From the NCBI GenBank assembly GCA_043754135.1, contig JAYUVI010000024.1, positions 1 through 24,001 of the forward strand: a DNA stretch of 24,001 nt, in the 5' to 3' direction. The stretch comes from Bdellovibrionales bacterium (lineage in GTDB: Bacteria > Bdellovibrionota > Bdellovibrionia > Bdellovibrionales > UBA1609). A program made the position numbers and the translations under genes. Of this stretch, positions 8,636 to 16,566 are shown one piece after another. Each line of letters starts with the position of its first letter. Position 1 is the stretch's first letter. Under the pieces are notes generated by a model that had not been told where the DNA came from, did not search any database, and saw only the letters and a program-made list of their open reading frames with translations.

Positions 8636-8761
8636 CGCGACCGACTTTTTGCAAATTTAGAATTCACACAATTGCCCCATACGAAAAATCATGAGTACAA
8701 AATGTCACCTCCATTTTCAGAGAGAAGCTCGTGCGCTTCGCATCATTGTTTGGGAAAAGAT

Positions 8762-8790
8762 CATTTCAGCGTCAAAAGGATACTGAAATG
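8762..8790. promoter_or_regulatory. Inverted repeat CATTTCAG-N13-CTGAAATG just upstream of the sigma54-like promoter
   Basis: Perfect 8-bp arms at 8762-8769 and 8783-8790, ending 12 bp before the -24 element. Confidence 0.35.
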
Positions 8791-8802
8791 GGAAAATCTC
8801 AC

Positions 8803-8818
8803 TGGCACGTAAGCTGCA
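8803..8818 (+). promoter_or_regulatory. sigma54 (RpoN) -24/-12 promoter candidate
   Basis: TGGCACGTAAGCTGCA matches TGGCAC-N5-TTGCW with one mismatch and exact GG-N10-GC spacing. It lies 80 nt upstream of the lipoprotein ATG, in the right orientation. Confidence 0.6.
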
Positions 8819-8897
8819 ATCTCGGCAACTTGGTTTTGATTTTTAAATAAACCAAAAAAGTCGCGAGGACTTTTTAAACAACTTAATAGGGGGAATT

Positions 8898-9647
8898 ATG
8901 AAGCTAATTAAATTTGCTATGTCGAGCGCAGTGGCGGCGTCGCTGATCGCGTGCGGCGGTGGTGGTGGCAGCGGCAACGTATCTACTGGCGGTGTGGTGC
9001 TGACTCATTCACAAATCGCTGCTGATTTCGTTCACCGTTTGAATATCGACGCGGGTTTTGATGTAGAACTTGTGAAAACCAACACGCAGCAATCCGATTT
9101 CATTGTTGTGTACGATAATGATTACCGCACTTACGACGCATATGATTTATATGGTTACAACCCTGGTGAAAATATTTCGAGTTATTTGAATCAATATAAA
9201 GATAACTTTTACTACGACTTGATTCCCGATGGTCTCGGTTTCTATCAAGATGCACTAACTGGCATTGTGTTTGAAAAAACTCAACCCTCTTCTAAAGATC
9301 GTTTAAAAATGGCAGCACTTGAAGAAGGTTTGATGATTGATAAAGCTTCTGATGCTTTGAGTGTGCAATTTGGTTTGAGCCAAGAGCGCAGTCATGAAGT
9401 TGCAAAACTTGCAGTGATCTGGCAAAAAACTCCAAAAGAAAGAATGTCAGATGCAGATCACGACAAATTTGCTAAGGAAGTTCTTGGACACACAATCACT
9501 GAGTACAAAAACGCAGTGGCCAAAAAACTTGTAGGCAGTGGCGCAGAACTCAACCAACTCATCGACGATACCGCATCTCTGAACGGCGTGACTCCTGAGC
9601 AAATGAACCAAGTTCTCGACAATGTTTTTGGAGTGTCCATTAACTAG
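8898..9647 (+). CDS. Lipoprotein, unknown function (Tyr/Asp-rich N-half, helical C-half)
   Basis: SD GGGGGAA. Type II signal peptide MKLIKFAMSSAVAASLIA-C (lipobox LIAC) followed by a G5S tether. Segment YDNDYRTYDAYDLYGYNPGENISSYLNQYKDNFYYDL. Confidence 0.85.
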   Translation: MKLIKFAMSSAVAASLIACGGGGGSGNVSTGGVVLTHSQIAADFVHRLNIDAGFDVELVKTNTQQSDFIVVYDNDYRTYDAYDLYGYNPGENISSYLNQYKDNFYYDLIPDGLGFYQDALTGIVFEKTQPSSKDRLKMAALEEGLMIDKASDALSVQFGLSQERSHEVAKLAVIWQKTPKERMSDADHDKFAKEVLGHTITEYKNAVAKKLVGSGAELNQLIDDTASLNGVTPEQMNQVLDNVFGVSIN

Positions 9648-9674
9648 TTTCAATTACTAGCTAGGGAGGCTCAA

Positions 9675-12600
9675 GTGAAACAGCAGGTTAAGTTCGTCGT
9701 CGTAATGATCGTGACTCTAACCTGCGGATGGTCCACTTGGGCTGCCCCTGGTGCTGAACGTCCAGATATTATTCCACTCGATAATGTTCGCCCCGAAGCC
9801 ACAGACTTAGTGTGGAAGGGGCGAGTTCTTCTACCGCAAGAAGCGGCAAAATTAAGAGATAGCGGCACAGATCTTTCGACTATTGACCCTGACAATCGCG
9901 ACGATCTCTGGAAGCCCGACGGCCAACACCCAAAATTCCCGACCGATAGCTCACTTCAATTAAACCCTGATAAACCAGTGCGCTTTGTGGATTTCGTGGC
10001 GTCACCAGTGAAGACTTTTCGCTTCGTCATTCAAGGCGAAGACACCTCTGGCCGATCGCAAATGTACACACTGTTTGTGGCAAAACGCCTCCAAACCTAT
10101 TTATTAAGACGCAATCTCATGCGCAAACTAGGTTACTATGTTCCGCCAATGCAACGTCTGGCACGCGTAGATGTGTCTTTTAAAAATCGCATTCAAATTG
10201 ACGAATCGTTCTTGGGCGATAAACGCAATGGTATAACGTGGAACGCCCTCGGCGATAAAGAATGGATCCTCAACTTCGACGACAAGAACGCCACGACTCT
10301 ACAAATGCAAGATGTGTTGCTTGTCCCGATGAACGATCAATTCGTGAATTTAACTTTTGGCGTGATCAAACCTGACATTAATATGGGCCGTCGCATGATC
10401 AACGCGCTTATTGTGCCGTTCAATCTTGTAGATTTAAAGGAGTCTATCAATGGTTTTCGTTGGCATTCGGCTTCGATTAAAAGCAACTCCTTATATATGC
10501 CGCTTGAAGATGAAGAGCAGTTCACCACCACTATTTCAGATGCAAAATGGGCCATGGCGCGTGTTAACAAACTCACCCGCGCTGATTGGCAAGAGATCGT
10601 GTCTAACGGCTTAGGTTACCCTCAAGAAGCCCAGAAATTACTTGTTGAAAAATTAATCTCTCGCCGCAATGAACTCAATCGCCTCATGAAAACCGGAGTC
10701 GCTGACATTGAGTATAACCCCGCTATTTCTGATGGCGAAAACCTCATCGCCGGTGAATTGAGCAAGGGTGAGTGGCCGGGTATCGCATCTCGCTTAGCGC
10801 AAGTGGAAGACCCTTCACTCATTTCGGGCCCGGAGATGAAAGCCCTTTTAAAATCAAAAGGTATTTCAACGGTTATCGGTGAGCTCGTGAGCAAAATGAA
10901 TACGGAGCTCATCCCTAGTACCGATTTAAGTAAAATCGCTTTTGAAAAACAGCAGGACCGAGTAGTGGAAGACTTTACCCATTTTATTAAGACTGGCGAA
11001 AACGTGAGCCGAGAATTCGGAATGTGGGTCGAGCCGGTTTTTAAAGGCAATGTGATCGCTTCGCGCGAAGTCGTGGCCGGTACTTTTTTGGGTTCAGACA
11101 ACCGCGTACAGTTGGTCGATACTCTTGGCTTTCAAGTTGAAACCGGTCTTCACGTAGGCACCACGGGTTTACCAGCTGGCTTGAGTCTAAGTGGTGGCGC
11201 CCAGGTGTTCTACACGCGTCAGTATTCACATTTAAAGCCACTCCACAGCATTAAGATTTCACTCGAAGAGCCCTATCGTAACATTGTCGTACCGATGATT
11301 AAGCACGAGTGGGCGGCGGGTATTACGCCTGAAGATTTTGAATTGCGCACCGATGAAAAAGAAGAAGATCGCAATAAACGCATCACTGAAGCGGCCAAAA
11401 AATTTAAGACTGAAATGGGCGATGGCGAAAGCTTGATTATTTCAGACAGCATCGGCGGTTCAGCCAACATTCAAGGCGGCTACTCGTTTGCTGATCGTAT
11501 TCGGGCACAAGCCCAATTGGCCGCAAGCATGGTCACATTGAGTCGTTTGCATATCAATAGACGTGGGGATGAAATTCACGTCTACCGTGACTACGGCAAT
11601 ATAAAGTCGTTGCAATTTGTGATTTCACTCAAGGCGCATATCGAAATTCTTAATATGCGCTTCAAACTCAGCAAGGCTAAGGCAACTACCGACTTCTATG
11701 CGATGGATTTATCTGAAGACATAGACGAAAATCCTACTCTCGCTAACACTATGGCCGCCGTACGCAGTTTGCTCCTCACTAATAGTGTCGAGCGCGTAGC
11801 CGCCGTCGTTGAGCCGACGAAACTGGAACACGATTTAAAAGAATCGTCTAGGGACTTACGCTTCTTGATTTGGAATAGCTTCTCGTTAAAATCGCGAGAT
11901 AACCTGAAAATTACTCGCGCTAATGAAGTCGAGCCTGAGTATTATTTGCGGCGCTTGATTGGCTCGCGTTCAGGCAGAGATTATCAAACCGTCGCCGTTG
12001 ATTTGCTCAATGAAATTTTATTTGAACTCACAGATCACGACGTCAACATTAGTAACTCAACTAGCGGAGACCCCGCTGACACGGTGTTTGGTCGCTCGAG
12101 CGCACGATATTCGTTTTTCGAGGGCGAATACACTCCGAAAAATCCATTTTCAGAAATGTTCGTCGGCATTAACTACCGCTGGAAGGGTTGGTCCGCCGGT
12201 CGCAACGTAATTGAAACCATTGTCACTCGATTTTCAGAGCGTTTCGATTTTCAATTCTTTCATCCAGAAGCTTTTCAACAGGTAAAAGTAGCTGAGCTCT
12301 ACAATATGGATCTCACCCTTTCCATTTACGACCGTGGCGTTAAAAGTATTTTGAGTCTGCAACAGGGGCCTTTAACTCGCATTATTGAAAAACATTTTGT
12401 CGGCCGCAACCCGCGCCTTGAAACCCTCGAACTAAAAGCAAAAACCATTCGTACTTTCTTTGCCATTCAGGGTGGCGCGCTAAAGGCCATTCGCGAAAAC
12501 GATTACAACGACGCTGGCGATTACATTGTTAAACTGGTTTCATTGCTAGAATCTTGTCTCGATCACCAAGGCCTACTCGCGGCTGTTGGTGGATTGCAAA

Positions 12601-12794
12601 ACATTCGCATTCAGCCTGTACTTACCGGTTTTATGCGCGGTGAAGACGGTAAGTTTAGTGAAATCCCCATTGAGGGCAATGAAATCGGCCAAGTTGGCAG
12701 TGACCGCCCATGGGGTCCGATGACCACAACACAAAGGGACATCGGTATGACTGAAGCTGAATTCTTCGTTTATTGGTTGATGAGAAAAATATGA
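9675..12794 (+). CDS. Large secreted hypothetical protein (1039 aa); possible atypical-kinase-like N-domain plus beta-rich region
   Basis: GTG start with SD GGGAGG, signal peptide MKQQVKFVVVMIVTLTCGWSTWA, and an uninterrupted 3.1-kb ORF whose stop overlaps the S8 start (ATGA). The CDS is secure; the domain call is tentative. Confidence 0.85.
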   Translation: MKQQVKFVVVMIVTLTCGWSTWAAPGAERPDIIPLDNVRPEATDLVWKGRVLLPQEAAKLRDSGTDLSTIDPDNRDDLWKPDGQHPKFPTDSSLQLNPDKPVRFVDFVASPVKTFRFVIQGEDTSGRSQMYTLFVAKRLQTYLLRRNLMRKLGYYVPPMQRLARVDVSFKNRIQIDESFLGDKRNGITWNALGDKEWILNFDDKNATTLQMQDVLLVPMNDQFVNLTFGVIKPDINMGRRMINALIVPFNLVDLKESINGFRWHSASIKSNSLYMPLEDEEQFTTTISDAKWAMARVNKLTRADWQEIVSNGLGYPQEAQKLLVEKLISRRNELNRLMKTGVADIEYNPAISDGENLIAGELSKGEWPGIASRLAQVEDPSLISGPEMKALLKSKGISTVIGELVSKMNTELIPSTDLSKIAFEKQQDRVVEDFTHFIKTGENVSREFGMWVEPVFKGNVIASREVVAGTFLGSDNRVQLVDTLGFQVETGLHVGTTGLPAGLSLSGGAQVFYTRQYSHLKPLHSIKISLEEPYRNIVVPMIKHEWAAGITPEDFELRTDEKEEDRNKRITEAAKKFKTEMGDGESLIISDSIGGSANIQGGYSFADRIRAQAQLAASMVTLSRLHINRRGDEIHVYRDYGNIKSLQFVISLKAHIEILNMRFKLSKAKATTDFYAMDLSEDIDENPTLANTMAAVRSLLLTNSVERVAAVVEPTKLEHDLKESSRDLRFLIWNSFSLKSRDNLKITRANEVEPEYYLRRLIGSRSGRDYQTVAVDLLNEILFELTDHDVNISNSTSGDPADTVFGRSSARYSFFEGEYTPKNPFSEMFVGINYRWKGWSAGRNVIETIVTRFSERFDFQFFHPEAFQQVKVAELYNMDLTLSIYDRGVKSILSLQQGPLTRIIEKHFVGRNPRLETLELKAKTIRTFFAIQGGALKAIRENDYNDAGDYIVKLVSLLESCLDHQGLLAAVGGLQNIRIQPVLTGFMRGEDGKFSEIPIEGNEIGQVGSDRPWGPMTTTQRDIGMTEAEFFVYWLMRKI

Positions 12795-15700
12795 AAAATC
12801 CTAAATTGTTCTTCGTTAGTACCTTTACATCTTTATTTTGCTTTATAGCTTTTGGGCAGTCGGTGCCTACACTTGAGCCAGAAGCTCCGAGAGTTGAAAA
12901 AGTCACTGTTGTAGTCGAATTCAATGAACCACCCACGGCCGGTGAGCTGGCAGCGTGGGATCGCCGGGGCGTGAAGCTCGAGCGTATTAGCCCCTATCAA
13001 AATAATTATTTTAACCGCGCTTATAGAACTAAGATTAACTTCGCGGACGAAGGTACGCTCGCGAAAAGCCCCAATGTCAGAAAAGTTGAAGAATCACAAA
13101 AAATTATTCTACAGTCGGTGACGGAAGATCCACTTTACGCAGACCAATGGTATTTACAAAACTCGGGTTATGACGTACGCGAAGATATCACAGACATTCG
13201 CTCCGTTCTGCGCCCTGGTCAGGTTGAATTCGATATCGGCTTTCAAAAAGTGAAAATTCAAATTGAAGAAAATCTAAAAGAAGATGTGATCGTGGCTGTG
13301 CTTGATACCGGTGTGGATATTGAACACCCTGACCTTGCCGATAACATCGTAAAAAATGCGGCTGAGTGCGATGGCGATGGGCGCATACCTCTCGGTGAGG
13401 CGACTGAAGACAAAGATGGCAACGGCTACAAGGGCGATTGCGTAGGTATTAACCTCACCACGGCAGTAGCTACGCAAAAAAATCGTCCCTTCGATGATGT
13501 CGGTCACGGCACTCACGTGGCGGGAGTTATTTCGGCCGTTTCTGGCAATGGTCTTGGGCTTAATGGTTTGAGTTCGCACATTAAGATTTTACCAGTAAAA
13601 TTGATTGCTAAAGAAGAATCCAAACAGCGTGTTGCCCTCACCGATCGTGTCGCGGAAGGCATTTTATATGCAGTCGCGCGTGGTGCGAAAGTCATTAACA
13701 TGAGTATCGGCTGGCCTGTGGGTTGGAACACTGACCACGTCTACGAAGCCATTCTCGAAGCTCGTCGCCAAGGCGTATTCGTCGTTGCGGCAGCGGGCAA
13801 TAACAATCACCCTGTACCCACTTACCCTTGTAGTTATGCTCAAGTGATTTGCGTAGGCGCAACTCAAAATGATGGCGCACTGGCCGCATTTTCAAATTAC
13901 GGCGCACAAGTCGATATCGTTGCGCCAGGCGATCGCATTTTAAGCACTTTTCCCACAACTATGGTGCCCAAGTATTACTCTGTGAACGGTTACGAAATGA
14001 AAAATGGCACGAGCCAAGCGGCCCCGATCGTGGCGGCATCTATCGCGGCCCTTGCAGGTAGCCACCCACAAGATCGCTACGAAGAAAGTTTGGCGCGTTT
14101 ACTAGCGCAAACGCAAGTAGTGCGCACAGGTGATAAATACTATTCGCAAGGGCAAGCCCGAGTGGATCTCGCCCTCGCTCCGGTTGCGGCACCTGCATAC
14201 TTGCGTTTCTTATTTAAAGAAAAAGCCATTGTGTCGGTGAATCAACAGCGCGAATTTAAATTGTCGTTTGTAGTGCAAAATCTTTCGTCGCTCTCACAAA
14301 ATGTGAATGTAAAACTCACGACCCAAACGGTGGGCACGAGTTTTATACAAACCGAAAAATCAGTAGTGGCCGAGCCCTGGTCTAACGTGACTTTTGAATT
14401 CGCAGGACACGTCGACAATTTGCTGCGTGAACGCGAACTCAAATTTATCGCGAATATCAATGGCGTCGAAAAAAGAGCGCAATCAATTTTGGCGCTCGAG
14501 CTCGATCAAATGCCGAGTCTACAGAAATGGTCGATACAAAATTCAAAAGATATTAATAATCTTATTAGTGTAGCCGACGTTGATGGCCAAAATCCGGGTC
14601 AGTATTTTAGCAGCTTCAAACGCGCGGAAAGTGGCACAGGTATACAGCTGGTCTTGTGGGAAAAAACAAAAAATCAGCTCGCACAACGGGGTACATCTGT
14701 CTTAGCCGACCTTAAGACTCCGATCGGCTTATTCACCGGAGACGCCAATGCAGACGGCACAAAAGATTTAATGTTACTCGGTCTCAAGGCAGGCACTCCC
14801 AATGCAACTTTAATTATTTATTATTTTAATGGGCAGTTACAACCTCTGTGGCCGGCGCACCCTTATCTGCAAATCAGCGATGAAACCCCGATCTTCAACT
14901 ACGCGCGCTTAGCCGATTACCGGGCGGCGCGCTGGTTTCGCTTACCGGGTTCGGGTTTAGCGAAAGAGCTTCTTGTTCCCTCAATTATAGACAACGCTTA
15001 CAAACCGAAGCTCGATATGTCGCGAGATGAACGTCGTGGTCCGCTTGTAAAAGGTAGTCACGTTTACTACCTCGAGCCGCACTTGAAAGAGGATGGTTCA
15101 CCAGCCTTAAGAGCTCGTATCATCGACAGCTATAATTGGATGAAAACCATTCGCGATGCGCTTGGGCTTTATTATTATGAAGCCATTCAACCCCTGACTG
15201 AATTAGGTGACGGGCATTATCTTTTCTCCGCTGGCCAGTTGCTTAATGCACGATCCATTGAAGTGAAATTAGACAAACAGTTTACTTGGCGAGATCTGAA
15301 GTGGTCGCAAAATTTGATGGGCTATAGATATATAAAATCGGACGCTTATGATGTTACCCCGAATGGCCAACGCCATGAGCTCGATGCCATTTACGGCATC
15401 ATCACGTTGACTCGTTCACATTTGGTATTTGTTGATAGAACTGATCGCTCGCGTATTGTCGACCAGTACACTTTTGATTTGCCAGACGCTTCAGAACAAA
15501 CCCTCAACGCTCTGGTGGTGTCTCGTAGTCCGAATCATATCAAAGTTATACTCGAGTCATTGCAAAAACTTTTCGGCTTTTATGGTCAACCAGGCCAAGC
15601 TCTACAAGTGACAGCCAATGAACTAAGTCGGTCCACATTTTTCGATCAAACTTTCTCGCAAGTGAATTTGCCTATCCAAATGCGCTCGGGCGAAAGCGCT

Positions 15701-15934
15701 CTGTATGTGGATGACACGCAAATGACGAGCAATAACATTTACGTGCAACAGCTCACCGCACAGGCCGGCTTTTTCGCGCCACTCGCCACCAGCATCACAT
15801 TGAGTGAAAATTGTCGCCGCCTAAACCCCGCAAAATGGTCGGGCGAGAACTCTTATCGAATCAACGTTTTATGTCGTATTGGCGCGAAAAGTGATCAGAT
15901 GGAGATTCGTTCTCTCCCAATCGACGCCCAATAA
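12791..15934 (+). CDS. Secreted subtilisin-family (S8) serine peptidase with large C-terminal extension
   Basis: Start at ATG 12791 (ATGA overlap); signal peptide, then a prodomain-like segment. Catalytic triad: VAVLDTGVD (Asp codon 13304), HGTHVAGVI (His 13505) and NGTSQAAP (Ser 14012), with oxyanion AAAGN. The C-terminal ~600 aa include an Ig-like stretch and an FG-GAP/VCBS-like DANADGTKDL. Confidence 0.95.
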   Translation: MKNPKLFFVSTFTSLFCFIAFGQSVPTLEPEAPRVEKVTVVVEFNEPPTAGELAAWDRRGVKLERISPYQNNYFNRAYRTKINFADEGTLAKSPNVRKVEESQKIILQSVTEDPLYADQWYLQNSGYDVREDITDIRSVLRPGQVEFDIGFQKVKIQIEENLKEDVIVAVLDTGVDIEHPDLADNIVKNAAECDGDGRIPLGEATEDKDGNGYKGDCVGINLTTAVATQKNRPFDDVGHGTHVAGVISAVSGNGLGLNGLSSHIKILPVKLIAKEESKQRVALTDRVAEGILYAVARGAKVINMSIGWPVGWNTDHVYEAILEARRQGVFVVAAAGNNNHPVPTYPCSYAQVICVGATQNDGALAAFSNYGAQVDIVAPGDRILSTFPTTMVPKYYSVNGYEMKNGTSQAAPIVAASIAALAGSHPQDRYEESLARLLAQTQVVRTGDKYYSQGQARVDLALAPVAAPAYLRFLFKEKAIVSVNQQREFKLSFVVQNLSSLSQNVNVKLTTQTVGTSFIQTEKSVVAEPWSNVTFEFAGHVDNLLRERELKFIANINGVEKRAQSILALELDQMPSLQKWSIQNSKDINNLISVADVDGQNPGQYFSSFKRAESGTGIQLVLWEKTKNQLAQRGTSVLADLKTPIGLFTGDANADGTKDLMLLGLKAGTPNATLIIYYFNGQLQPLWPAHPYLQISDETPIFNYARLADYRAARWFRLPGSGLAKELLVPSIIDNAYKPKLDMSRDERRGPLVKGSHVYYLEPHLKEDGSPALRARIIDSYNWMKTIRDALGLYYYEAIQPLTELGDGHYLFSAGQLLNARSIEVKLDKQFTWRDLKWSQNLMGYRYIKSDAYDVTPNGQRHELDAIYGIITLTRSHLVFVDRTDRSRIVDQYTFDLPDASEQTLNALVVSRSPNHIKVILESLQKLFGFYGQPGQALQVTANELSRSTFFDQTFSQVNLPIQMRSGESALYVDDTQMTSNNIYVQQLTAQAGFFAPLATSITLSENCRRLNPAKWSGENSYRINVLCRIGAKSDQMEIRSLPIDAQ

Positions 15935-15956
15935 TAGTTTTTACCTAAAAAACTCC

Positions 15957-15988
15957 GCGGAGAGGGCATAAAGATTTGCCCTCTCCGC
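15957..15988. terminator. Strong hairpin closing the lipoprotein-S8 operon
   Basis: Perfect 12-bp stem GCGGAGAGGGCA / TGCCCTCTCCGC with an 8-nt loop, 22 nt after the S8 stop. The T-run lies on the minus-strand side (GGAGTTTTTT), not on the plus side. Confidence 0.55.
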
Positions 15989-16050
15989 AATATTGTGCGA
16001 TTTTAGCCCTTCAATTTTTATTAAAATCAGTACGCGCTTCTGGAGTGAAT

Positions 16051-16512
16051 ATGAGCGAACAGATGACATATATGGGTTATGAGTGGATCAGCGTTGAAGA
16101 TGGCGTCGTCACTGTGGGTTTAACGGAAGATGCGGTGGCTGACTTGTCAGAAGAAGTGACACTTAATTTACCAGACCAAGATGATATCGTAACGGCCGGA
16201 AAAATCTGCGCCGATATCGAATCCGACAATGGCAATTTGAATATCTATTGCCCCGTTTCAGGCACAGTGATCGAAGTGAATGAAGCGGTACTCGAAAATC
16301 CAGATCTTTTACAAGACGACCCGACAGACGAAGGTTGGTTGTTTAAGGTTGAAGCCGACGATCCAGATAAACTCGATAGTCTTTCATTGAAAATGCGCAG
16401 TCAAGACGATGAAGAGGACGATGACGATGACGATGACGAAGATGAGGATGAGGATGAGGACAGCAGCGACGAGGATGATGACGAACCTTCATCTGGCGAC
16501 GATGAGGAATAA
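16051..16512 (+). CDS. Glycine cleavage H-protein (GcvH)-like paralogue lacking the lipoyl lysine, with acidic tail
   Basis: ATG 16051 with SD GGAG. GcvH fold motifs EW..V....VTVGLTE, YCPVSGTVIEVNE, PDLLQDDPTDEGWLFKV. The canonical ESVK is ESDN here, so the gcvH symbol is withheld. Confidence 0.85.
   Translation: MSEQMTYMGYEWISVEDGVVTVGLTEDAVADLSEEVTLNLPDQDDIVTAGKICADIESDNGNLNIYCPVSGTVIEVNEAVLENPDLLQDDPTDEGWLFKVEADDPDKLDSLSLKMRSQDDEEDDDDDDDEDEDEDEDSSDEDDDEPSSGDDEE
16405..16509 (+). repeat. Low-complexity GAY/GAR trinucleotide tract encoding a poly-Asp/Glu tail
   Basis: GACGATGAAGAGGACGATGACGATGACGATGACGAAGATGAGGATGAGGATGAGGAC... encodes DDEEDDDDDDDEDEDEDEDSSDEDDDEPSSGDDEE. Confidence 0.9.
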
Positions 16513-16566
16513 TCGAACACAAGATCGAGATTGGGCGAAGATTGAACGAGGATTATTTAAAGAATT

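Noticed and set aside
8560-8640. Possible c-di-GMP-I riboswitch (CACGCACAGG resembles the start of the motif)
   Set aside because: The GCAAA / GAAA-tetraloop / receptor architecture and paired stems do not follow, so it is treated as a chance match.
9447-14460. Minus-strand ORFs of 60-160 aa inside the lipoprotein/large protein/S8 operon
   Set aside because: Antisense shadows with no SD or motif support.
15976-16050. N-terminal extension of the GcvH-like ORF from TTG 15976, and similar extensions at 3063, 3655, 8574, 12773 and 22120
   Set aside because: Downstream ATGs have a better SD or stop-start overlap and begin at the recognisable domain or signal peptide.
16405-16509. GAT/GAC/GAG tandem tract as CRISPR or VNTR; Met/Thr/Arg-rich +1-frame ORF over it
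   Set aside because: There is no repeat-spacer structure; it is the coding sequence of the acidic tail, and the many +1-frame ATGs arise automatically from GAT-GA repeats.
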